DNA of 64,000 nucleotides, from assembly GCA_012295275.1 (NCBI GenBank), contig CM022667.1, positions 19,902,001-19,966,000 on the forward strand, given 5' to 3'. Under the pieces are notes generated by a model. That model was not told the DNA's origin, ran no database searches, and worked only from the letters and a program-made list of their open reading frames with translations. Made by a program: the position numbers and the translations under genes. This DNA is from Chrysomallon squamiferum (lineage: Eukaryota; Animalia; Mollusca). Below, one piece after another: positions 20,001 to 32,518 of the stretch; position 1 is the first letter of the stretch, and each line of letters starts with the position of its first letter.

Positions 20001-23000
20001 GTGATCTTCTGCATATGTGTATGGATTTAGTGTTAAAGCAAAACAAAAACAAAAACACTTCTTTTAGAATATATTTCACATCAGCAATTGAAATTAAGTT
20101 AGTGTTTATAATCACACAACAAACAGATCTTATTTCTAAAGAAAATTTATTGACTGCATTGATCCAAAATTATGCACTGCAGAAGCTGTAATTTGTTCAG
20201 AAACATGACCAAAATTACATACAACAAAATTGAGTATCTGATCTGAACATCACCATTTAAAAGACTCCATCATAAGTACCTAAACGTTACCCTCAGGTTC
20301 ATTTTCTCATAACCACATTAGAAAACAATTATTTAGAACTCACTTGATCATTGAAAAATAAAACTGTTACACTTAAACGAAAATCTGTATTTTTCAGTAA
20401 TATTAAAAACAAACTATAGTACAGAAGTCAGAATCAAAATGTAATAAATAAGTAATTATAAATTAAAAAGATTCACAATACAAACTGTAATATTTAACTA
20501 CATATTAAAGTTAGAAGTAGCAGATTAAATATAAAACTCTTGACTTCCATATTTTATTTATTTGGAATTATTAATTGGAGATTTTTCTGACTAGTTTGGT
20601 TTTTAATTTTCTTCAGAGGTGTGGATAATGTTTCATTTTAGTTCTTTTTTTATTGTTGTTGCTGTTATTTAAAAAAAAAAAATTCTAGACTTTAAAATGA
20701 ATGATTGTGTTTTCCAGGTTGTTTATTTCGAGTTGTGAACATGGCACTGTTTCTTCTGTTGTTATTTTGGTGGTTGTTCAAGACTTGTTCCCAAATAGTT
20801 GTGTTCAGAAAACATTTCATCAAATACAAAACAAATAGTTAATCTTTTGTTTGATTTATCCTTTAATTTTGTTGTACTAATTCAATAAATGAGTTGCCAT
20901 TTCTAAACATTTCATTGGATCGTTTTAATATCTTGATTCACAACTTGTTTATTCAAAATTGTTAATATTGTTAAATTTAATAATTATATGACTTTTAAAT
21001 GTGTCGTAATCAAATTTTATCTGTTATTTGTTGCATTTAAATGTTGTCTTACCCTGACAATTTTCTGGTTTTAAATGTATTGTTTAAATGCTGTTGTTGT
21101 TTTTGAAAAATATCTGTGAACACATCATTTCAAAATTTTGATAAAGAAATAATGAGTTTGCAGATTTGTTGTTTTCTTTTTGTCCTTAAATCATGGCAAT
21201 TTAATAATTTAGTGTGTTTTTTTAATTTGTTTATATAGGCATATGAAAATATGCAAATCTAGTTTTGCATGAACAATTTTTCATTCTTATGAAAATGAAT
21301 TTACATTGGTCTGGTTTTGGTTTAATTCTAGAAGCATCTCATACTTTGTTTCACTCATACAACTTTTCAGGAATTTATGTGGTTATTTATAACACTTCCG
21401 TGTTTTACTGACATTTTCCAGTAAATGAATTAGAGAAATCATAAGGTTACCGCTGACTAATTTTATATCTTTATATCTTTGTGGCATTCTGTTGCTGGAA
21501 AAACTAGTCCGACAACACTTGAGTTCTGATGTCCAAAACTATTAAGTTCAATAGACAATACTTAACAGAAACTTGTATCTCACTACTCATGTGTTCCACA
21601 GTTAGCTGCACATTTGCATTTATTGCCTATATTCACTACTACACCTGTATACTTCAGTACTGAAAACTTGAGGCTACAAAATATTTCAAAAATTGATGTT
21701 TATATTTTAACAGTGCTGCCTTGTATATTTTATTAAAACATTAGATATTGTTAAACTGTCTTCTCTTCTGTAATACAGGGAAGACGGCAAAGGCTTATTA
21801 TAAATCTATTAGACAACTAATTTTGTCATTAGCATATGCAGCACAGACAATGAAAACAAAAAAGGTTTCATAATGCAGAAAAATTATGATTATATATTGA
21901 TTTTATTAATTATTAACAAAATACGCTCAGATAAAGAGATAATGGAACTAATTAATTTGTCTGGTATTTTATGTACAGCAGTAATTATTGCTCATTAAAA
22001 ATGTATTCAGTGTATTGGTTGTTTTGCCATTCTTTGATTTGGTGGACAACTTTAAAAATGTCATGTTAAGTATCTGTTACTAGTTTAATTTGGAAACTTA
22101 AAATGTTATAAAATAATATAAACATACAAACAAAACATAATAAATTAAAAAATGTTAACCTTAATAGAACAAGCATTTTTTTAAAAACATGTTTTTGAAA
22201 TAGTTGGGTTCTGGCATAATGTAATACACACATATAAGCTGATTAAAGGAATATTTAGACAAAAATATTGTGACATTTTTTGTTTAATACAAATAATGCT
22301 ATATTTTGTTAACAGATAAAAATGGTTTAGTTAATGAATAATCTTTCTATTAGCTTAAATAAATAATGCAAAATGGTTCATAACTGGAATTCTTTATGGA
22401 TACTTTATTTTAAAACTGGAATTGTTTTGGAAAAAAATTAATTCTATATATTAATCACTATCCCTTTGTCATATATATATATATATATATGTAATGATAT
22501 AATAGGGCTATTGTTTTTAATAGTGTTATTATGTATTTAATGCATTCCCATTTCTAGCTTTGTGGACTTTAATGGATAGAATATGGTAAAATGATAAAAA
22601 TAGCTTGTCTTTGTGATAGAAAATGTATTATTTTTTATTAATATTATGAAATCTAAAATTTTGGTTTACCAGATGTATACAAATATGTATTTCTGACCAA
22701 AAATTATTTTAAAATTCGAACAAACATATGTAGCTTTTTTGTTGTTGTTTTTTTTAGAAAAAATCACTTTATTTTGATGATTTATTTATTTTATTCAGTG
22801 AGTGAAACTGGAAAAGGATAACACAAAAAGAGAGGTATTTACAGCCAGTCATTTACTTCACAGACGTCAGACATTTAAACATGGACTCACCTCTATAGTG
22901 AAGCAGTACCACAAGGTCAGTGATCAACAGAAAAAAGAAATGTTTGTCTATCATCTAAAATACATTAATCCCTTTGATTATTTATACCAAAAGAGAACCC

Positions 23001-26000
23001 TAATTCAATACAGAGGCCAAATAATCGCTACTTACATATACTTTTTAATAATATTAAGAAGGACAACATACATCCAACTGCTTTTAAATAAGGAGACTAA
23101 TTCATTAAAATAAAAAAGAATGCCCTTTTTTTTTTTTTTTTTTTGAGAGATTGGCTTGACTCTCTCCAATAACAAGTTCTCTGTCATCATTTTTGAGAAT
23201 TGGATTCATTTAAAAAATATTTAAAATAATAAATTAAAAAATAGTAAAGAAAGAGAGTAAAAGTAACGATGTGCCAATGATTCTCGTAATAAATTATTAA
23301 TATTATCTTTCTTGTGTAATACTAATATAAAAAAAATTAGAATGTTCATAATATATGCATAATATATATTTTTTAATATTTTTTTTACAGGACTTCCTAA
23401 AGAAACTGGATTATCCACTCAACATTCCAGATTCAAAATTAACTCGCTGGCATCCTCAGTTTCCACTGGATGAAGTTCCTGATGTTGAAGTTGCACCTCT
23501 TCCTGAGGCACCAGTTGTTCAGAAATACGAAACTGCTAAAGATGTTTTGAATCACACAAGAGGAAAAGTTGTTGAAAAGGTACAAAATATTGAAATTGTT
23601 CCAATAGATACATTAATTATGTGAAAATATATTTGTTATTGCAAATGTTATTAAAAGGAAATATGTATTAAATAGCAACTTATAAAATTAATTGCATAAT
23701 TAAAAATACTCATTTGGTTTTGTTTTATTGAGTTAATTATTATTATTTATTTATTTTTTGACAGTTTAAAAATAATAATTTATTAAGTAAATTTTTTATT
23801 TACTTTAATATCTGCTCATTTCCATAACAAATACACCACACACACACACACACACACACATATTATAATAAAATACAAGAGGGAAGTATAAGACAATTTG
23901 ATTGACTATCCATGTTGTTTTTTTACAAACATTATGATGCTTGCATATATGAGGAATGAAACTTTTTATTTTTAATAATAAACTTATTTCACAACAGGTT
24001 GAGAAAGCTCTTGAAAGTGTTGCTAAAGCTGCTGAGGATGATGTCAAACAAAATACTGAACCTAAAAATAAACCAACAAAGTCAGAAGATAAAGCTCACA
24101 AAGGCATACCTCTTTTTCTCTTACAAAAGGTAATTATTTAATAATAAGACATTTGAATTAGAAGTTACTGATTTATATTTCTGGTGACAACTTCAGCTAC
24201 TGAAATATAAGCTCAAGAAGGAAGCACTGAAGTGACGTTCTTTTATAACATATTTAAATAGAAATTTAAAAACAACTGATAAACTGAGAAATTAATTGGG
24301 TTTTTTAAATAAGAATTACATTAAAATCAGTAATCAGAGCCATTAGTATATTATTAAGTAAATGATGACTGTGCAGACCAAAAGACTCATAATTCAGAAT
24401 CTTGTTTAGTTGTAATGTATTAACACTGATAGTAAAAATAACAATCTCCTTGTACGTACTTGTATACATGTACAACATTTTAAGAGGTAGCAATATTTTA
24501 AAATTTAAGAACTTAATAATTGTAATTTTTTCCACTTGGCTGATGTACAAATACAGGTTTAAGAAGCTTTGGCAGTCTGAACATCAGATATATAAATTAT
24601 CATTTTTTAAGTTTGTGTGTTATTAATTGTTTATAGTGTACACAGAAAGTAGTAATTTGGACTAGCCACAGAACTGAACTACACATTGTGGAAAGATAAT
24701 ATTTATAAAGCTAATAATGACAGTAATTAATTCGTTTTTGATCTTTAAAAAGGAATTGCGTAACTATTTTTAATAGCATCAGTATATTGGTTGTGAAAGA
24801 TAACAGTTGATTCTAAACAAGGAACAACTGTTCTTGAGTTTATAAATGTTCTTTACTTCTAGATACCTACTACATTTCCAGTGGATAATGATGTGAATTT
24901 TTCATTTTCCTGTTAATGTTTTGATATTTGTATCTGATTTATTATTTTAAGATTCGTGCCAAAGAAGCTTTGAGACTGGAAGCAGCCTTGACACGTGATC
25001 CAGCAGAAGACAAGAAGTCTGACATGATAGCAAAGCTACCAGATATTATCCGAACATTACGAATGTATCCTTTAGTGATTGTTCTCTGTGAAAATGAATT
25101 AAACTTTCCTTACAGAAAATCAATACGTTTTCCAAAATTAATACTGAATTTACAAAGACATTATTTTATTTTAAAAAATCAAACATAATATTATTTGTAC
25201 ATTTTATTTCCTTTAATTGGTGGCAGTAATAAAGAAAATGCAGTAAACTACAAATTTTGTAAACAAAACATATATATATATATATATATAATAATTAAAA
25301 TTTGTTATTGTAATGTTTTCGTACAAGATTTAATATTTGCAGATAATTTCCTTAGTTAAATAAGGTATTATATAGCAGAGAAGAAACCTGCAGTTCCTAT
25401 GGAATCTGTAATCCAGACAATTTGTGAAAGTTCAAAAAATTCAATTTCATTAAGTGAGTAACAAAATTTGTTTTAAAAGAAAAGACCATTGATTTCAGTT
25501 TTAAATAAAGAGTTGTTAATAAATTAATATAGTCTTAATTTACATAAGAATTAAAGAATTTCAGTTTTCTTTAATATAATTGTGCTGCCATATTTTTCAT
25601 GGGTGTTATATTTTGAGACTCCTTAGCTACCAGTATTGTTTGTCATTTCCGAAGTTTTTAAAAACAAAAATTCTTTCTTGCTAATTATTTTATCTATCAT
25701 ATAGTTGTTAATTCCAGCTTAAATTATTATCATTTAAAAGTTCTTTGTCCTTCAATTAGAATATTAATCTTTATTTTTTATTTTGAAACTCTGTGCAGTA
25801 TTTTGCTATTGCACATTTTATGCAAAAAGGACATTCTGGCATGAATTTTGTTATTACTTTCTTTTGAAGAAAATGTTTTTAATTTTACTTCTCTAAGTTA
25901 TTTGCAAAACAAATAATAAAAATTTACATAGTGAAATGTACAGACAGTGAAAAAAACACAAAAAAAACATCATTTTTATTTGCTTTAATATTTACCAATT

Positions 26001-26220
26001 ATACTGTAATTTTGAAAATATAGACTGTAAATGTATTGTTTTAACTTATGCTTTGTTTTTAGGTGATGTGGAGAACCATGTTAAGCTGTTGCTTGAAATA
26101 TTTCCAGAATGGATTTCTCTTGTTGAAATAAAACGGGGCAGATACATAAAGCTGGATAGAAATCTAGATATTCAAGTGTTAAACAAAAAAATACAAAGTT
26201 TGATAAAAAATCGAAAATGA
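17068..26220 (+). CDS. CDT1: DNA replication licensing factor Cdt1, 11 coding exons, ~679 aa
   Basis: Exons: 17068-17679, 18154-18243, 18556-18758, 18921-19118, 19622-19764, 22803-22915 (acceptor uncertain), 23391-23579, 23998-24129, 24952-25064, 25365-25453, 26063-26220. N-terminal PIP degron [15 protein letters not shown]. Motifs [56 protein letters not shown], and C-terminal winged helix FPEWISL...YIKLD. Confidence 0.95.
25065..25364 (+). other. U12-type GT-AG intron in CDT1
   Basis: 5' end is GTATCCTTT. Branch-like TTTCCTTAG lies just upstream of the terminal AG, with no polypyrimidine tract. The frame is restored (AT|G, Met). Confidence 0.88.
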
Positions 26221-28330
26221 TCTTTATAGCATTTGATAAAATTATACACGTTTCAAGATTTCTTATACATCTATTTCTTACCCCCACCCTGAAAGTATTT
26301 ATTGTATTTATGTGTGCATGTGCCTGAGAAATATATTTGTTAAGAATATGTAATATTGTCAAATATTTGTTTAAAATTTTATATTTAATATGAATTCAAT
26401 AATTTTTAAACATGCAAAGATTTCATTATATTGCTACACTGAAAATTAGAATTTTTAACAGTATTTTGAGCTGAATGTTGCCTTTTAACTTTTTGGCTGA
26501 CTTGTGGAACAGTGACATTTTGAATTAAATAAATTTTATTTTGTTTTATTTCACTATTGCATTTGTTTGATGGCCAGTCTTTTAGAAAACATTATGACAT
26601 TAACATATTGCTGTCTTGCATGTTCATGGAAACCAAATTTTGTCTGACAAAAAATAAAACAATAAATCAGAAAAGTGTGAAATGTTAACCATTTAAGTAC
26701 TGGACATTCAGCTAACTGAAACTCATTTTCACTGACATTTTCTAAAAACGGTTGAGAAAATTCAGCAGAATTATTTTTGCATGTGACTTAGATAAATGTT
26801 TTGTCTCTGCAAAAGCAATAAATAGTAATAATAATAATTTTAAAATATTAAATTTAAATATCTGAGAAGGTAAAACAAAATGACATTAAAGAATTGTGAA
26901 TTTTTCTGTTTTAAGAAAACTAATAACTACAGTGCCTTGATTATTTCATTTCATTTTCTTCCATAGTTTACCATTTTCCTGAAAGCACTAAAGAAAGGTG
27001 TAGGTGTGTGTGTGTGTGTGTGTGTGCGTGGATTTGATCTGCAATCCAATGATGATGACATAGCTTTGAAATGGCCAAACTGGCAGGATTCATATGTGAC
27101 AGCAATGTTTTATTAACAAGTTTTATTAAAGGTTGGTCATCAAATGCAACAGAAAAAGCAAATTCATTCAATGCATTTAAGGATTTATTTGATTGTTCCA
27201 CGGGTACACATTAACTATTTGTAATTTAAACATTCAAAAGAATGGATATTTAATACATTTTTATAAGTCAGAAAAATATTTATCTATATATAGTCTTAAG
27301 AATTTTAATTTTAAAATTACACTATTTATCATGTATCTGTTTAATAACATTTGATAGTAACTTTTATAAATTTAATATTGACATGTACCAATATTTAATG
27401 TTTAATACCCCGTTTATATACTTAAAGGGAGAAGTTATAAAACACATATACAAAAAAGAACAAACAGTTAATCATCAAAAAAAATTAAATGAGAGTACAG
27501 TGATTAGGAGATCATGTGAAATTAGTAAAAATGTCATTTTAATTTTACTGATGTAACTTTTTCTGTGCTAACTATATCTGGATTCTTTATATATATATAC
27601 ATTTAACAATTGCTTCACTAGAGTAAGATCATGTGGTCAGTTCATTGTTATTACTGTGTCCAATTGTCAAATTCAAAAATATTTTGTCAGTAAATCTGTA
27701 TAATGTTGTTCAAACATTGTCATAATAATAAACATTTAGATTAAAAATGTATTGTTGTTTTTTTTGTGATTTTTTTGTTTTTGTTTTGTTTTGTTATTCA
27801 CACAAATTTGCTTAATGTAACAGTTTAGATAAAAAATTTCTAGGATGTATATAAAGATTTAAAATCATGATACTGTTCAGCAGATTATTTTATTGGTGTG
27901 AGACAGAAATAAAATCTCTTGAAAGCATTATCAAATTTTCCACTAGAAAACTTGAAAACATTCAGCTTCAGTGATTTAATTATGTATTAAATTTTTCTGC
28001 CCATCTTTTCAAAATCAAAATAAAATTCTGGCTTAAAGTCTAAATATATATTGTTTTGCGCCTTTTTCTGCATGTTAGAATAAAAAAAACAAGATGACAT
28101 TTGTATGTTTTCGATGCTATGTACTTATGATCGACTAAATAAATTCTTTTTTTATTATATATATTTAATTTATTTATTATTATTATTATTTATTTATTTT
28201 TGTTTGTTTTTTGTTCTGTTAAACATATCCTTTTTCCATGCTTCATGAAGCGTATCTCGCAAACATTTTATTACAAGTGCTGTCTAGCATGTGATTTGTC
28301 GGGCACTTTGTTTTTCCTAAAATAGTTTCG

Positions 28331-28392
28331 ATTGGTAGAATGTAATGGCCATTGACTAATCAAAAGTTAGTTTAGTGTTGTCACTTGGAAGC
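28331..28392 (+). promoter_or_regulatory. Candidate TBC1D32 promoter: inverted CCAAT box and degenerate X-box
   Basis: ATTGG at 28331 and GTCACTTGGAAGC at 28380-28392. The ATG exon is preceded by an acceptor at 29350, so a 5'UTR exon lies upstream. RFX control would suit a ciliary gene, but the match is imperfect. Confidence 0.3.
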
Positions 28393-28672
28393 CATGTAAA
28401 CATACATTTTTCAGCTATTCAATGATCAACATTAACATGAATCATGAGTATATGATATTACTTTTTGAAATTTCAAGGTGTTTTAAAATAAAATTTTGTA
28501 GCCATGTTATTAGTGTTTGTGCAACTGATCAGCATTTTTATGGATGCAGAAATATATTTTTGTGAAATAATGTAGCTGTTATCGTGCTATTCCTATTTTC
28601 GTAAACGGTGACAGACATCGTAGTGGTTAGTCGTATAGAATAATAATAATAACAACAAAACATCAACACTAA

Positions 28673-28703
<31 letters not shown>

Positions 28704-29391
28704 TTCAGAACAATATAATCAGATGTTGATTTGTTGGCGCAAAATATCTGACATTTTCGGAATTCAGAATGACTAATTAGTGTTAGTACTACATTTTTTT
28801 TTTTTTTAGTTATCGTCATAATCTGAACCACAATATTATTACAAATTAATAATTAACATATTTACAAGCTGCAATGTATGTTACTACGTACACATTTTGG
28901 GTCATCTTGCATACGATTTATATTTCAGGAACTAGTGCAAATAAATATGGAATGTCTAATTTCACACTGGCTTATCAGATCAACAAAATTTTATTTCTTA
29001 GCAATAGAGCAGTTGTCCATTATGTCTCCATTTTGTCAGTGAAGATGAAAATTGATATTTAAAAAATTTGTTGTTTGTTATTTATTTATTTATTTTTATT
29101 ATTATTGTTTTTCAAATTTCTGTTAACGTTCATAAAGAGTTCAGGCAAAGTCTGTATCTGTTTAGATAAAACAAAGTACACTGTTTCTATCAAAGCCTTA
29201 TTTATGTTTGATTATTTTTTAATTATCATATTAATATATATATATATATATATTCCATATTCCATGTTGAACATGGTTTAGATTTTTTTATTAGCTTTCA
29301 TATAATTATATATTAAAATAATTTTTAATAAATTTTTTATTTTTCTTCAGAATTTTGACACATTCATATTAGTAGTGGTTATATTGTAACA

Positions 29392-32300
29392 ATGTCACTG
29401 AAGCCTGGACTTGAGGGTGAGCAGCTTTTCAGAAGTTTGCGTCAGCTGGTGCTGAGTTTTGAACCACACATCAGAGATGCTGAGTCACTGAGTCAGACAG
29501 AGGAAGCACTTCAACATCTGGAAGAAAATGACGAAAATTTTCACAAGTTAATAATAATTACTTCTAAATCCATTATGGAATTCAGTCAAATTTTAATTTT
29601 AAAAATTTGAAATATTGGTGAATGTTTGTAAATTCTTTTCAAGATTTGATTGTAACCTAGCTATAAGACTCCTTATTATTTTTAACTGTCAAAATAAAAC
29701 ATATTCTTTTTATTTCTTCCTACAACTAGAAAAATGAATTTGTTCGGTTAGTAAACATATAGTCTTAAGAACAATTAAATTTTTTATTTTAAGATAAATT
29801 ATTAAAGTTCCACTAATTTCTTATGTTTCACTAACATCCGAATGTTAGTATTTTTAGTATTTTATTATATTTGCAATGTCTGATGTTAAAACTTATTTCG
29901 TTTTAAAGGTATGAATTTGTGAAGGAACTGAAACATCGGATTGATGAGTTACTTGGGCCACTGATAGATGATGAAATTGAAAGACATTCTACAGCCAGTC
30001 ATGTTAGTTCTGGAAGTTCTGACACCCTGGTTGGCCGCATCACTGATCAAATAATCCATTCAAAACAGTGAGAATTTAAATATAGTTAAATTATACATCA
30101 CTCAGTGCAGAATGCTGAGGATTTCTCTTCTGTGTTTTTGCAAACAGATGCTGATGATATTCTGGAGAAATAACAAATGGCTTTGTTTTGATATGCTTCC
30201 ATTACATAATGTATGTTATTTTGAAGTTAAATATTTGAAATACAGTACATTTTTGAATTTGATCAGATTGAAGACACTCAGATTTCAGAAGTAAAAGTTG
30301 TGAAAGAACATTCATGTTTGTATTTCAGATATTCTGAATTTAGAGGTAAGCTGTCAAAGAACATTCGTGTTTGTATTTCAGATATTCTGAGTTTAGAGAT
30401 AACCTGTCAAAGAACACTCATGTTTGTATTTCAGATATTCTGAGTTTAGAGGTAAGCTGTCAAAGAACATTCGTGTTTGTATTTCAGATATTCTGAGTTT
30501 AGAGATAACCTGTCAAAGAACATTCATGTTTGTATTTCAGATATTCTGAGTTTAGAAGTAAGCTGTCAAAGAACATTCATGTTTGTATTTCAGATATTCT
30601 GAGTTTAGAGATAACCTGTCAAAGAACATTCATGTTTGTATTTCAGATATTCTCAGTTTAGAGATAAGCTGTTAAAGAACATTCACGAAGCCATGGACAG
30701 ACTGATGCAGAACTTTGAGCGTGAACTGTCTGCTGGTCGCCATGGAGAGATGGTGCTGCACTCGCGAAACAAGACGATGGTTGTGGAGGACGATGAGGAG
30801 GTATCTTCTTGTGATAGCATGTTTGCGCAGGTGATTTTTGCTTGGCTTTTGCTCTGCCTTATGTTTTATTACATATTTTATTTTTAAAAATGTCAAAAAG
30901 TAAAGAATTAATTTATCTTCCTTTAATTCTTGGGACTTTTAAAAACTAAAAGAGATATTTAATAATTAATTGAAAATATTATATATTTTAAGTTAAAGGA
31001 TTCCCAGAATACAAAGATGAATTGTAAGTTCTATCTTTTTCTTACTTTCTTGCAAACATTCATAGAAATGATTAATTCCAAATTAAAATATTTCCATATC
31101 ATGCTGTCCTCTTCAGGTTAATGTTTACAATACACACTTTATTATTATTTGAAAAAAAACAAAACAGTACTTATCTCTATTTTTGTATTTGATCTTTCGT
31201 GTAAAATTTAAGAGAACATAGTTTATATTTGATGCTAATTTTCTGTTTGCAGTTTATCAGTAATTATTTATGTGGCAATACATAGCTAGACAAGCATAGA
31301 ATGTCTGACAATAACATTTATGGATATCTTCAACAATCTGGGCTATAAAATATATTTAAAATGATTTATTGTTTTAAAAAGATATTTAGGTCATGCAGTA
31401 AAAGTGAGATCATTGACAAAGTTTTTATTTATTTATGCCTGCTTGCTTGCTTGCTTTTTAGTTTAGTTTAAATTTAGACATTTGCATGCAAGATATGTTT
31501 ATAACCTCTTATTTTCTAACATTAGATTTTCTGTTTCATTTTATTTAGTTTTTATGCAAGTCTTCTTTTGAGTGTTAATATTTTTTATTTGGTAGCTTTA
31601 GATAAGCTTCATAAAGCTACTAACAAGTTGTAAATGATGAATAAATACATTGAAAGTATGGAAATTAAATAAAAATTTTTATGAATATTATATATATATA
31701 TGTTTATGAAAGTAAAAATTTTCATTATTATATATATATATATAATGAAACATTTTACTTTCATATTCATAAACAAAAATGATTGATATCAGTTAATTAA
31801 ATGCATTTAATTTAAACAACTGTAATACTGTTAATTCAAAAAAAATACTTAATAATTTTTAAAATAATATTTTTTAATTACTGTTGTTATTTGATAATGG
31901 TTCAAACACACAATAATTGTTTTAATCAGATAATTGCTTTAAAAGATTTTTAATTTGTTTACATCATATCAATATAAAATTTCAACTATTATTATTATTT
32001 TGCTTCATTTAATAATGATTTTATTTTGAAACAATCTTTATCAATTAATTATGTTTTTTAATGAAAAATAAATTATGATGTAAAATGTAAGAGATTTTAA
32101 AATATACACAATGTTCTTCCATTTTTTGGTGCATGTATTGCATATTAATATTAATAAATATTTTGAATGGAAACTAATTTATGTTTTTCTTTAAACATTT
32201 TGATCAGTTATATAACTAAGTTATTAACAGTTTAACACCAGTGTTTGTTAGAGACTCAGATACACAGTTCAGATTTATTTTTTATTAGGGAAGTGTGATG

Positions 32301-32470
32301 TTGTTTGATCCTGATCACATGAAGCAAATTGCTGACAATCTCAGCAAGACAAAGAGTTTGTCTGTAAGTACTGACATGTTGTTTTCTGAGAATTGTAATG
32401 TTTCTGTAGAAATTATTTTATTCTGTATATTTTCATTTTTGAAGGATTATAATATGTGTTTGTGTATGTT

Positions 32471-32518
<48 letters not shown>

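Noticed and set aside
28225-28234. ATATCCTTTT as an AT-AC intron donor
   Set aside because: It is intergenic, with no exon context or partner branch/AC site identified.
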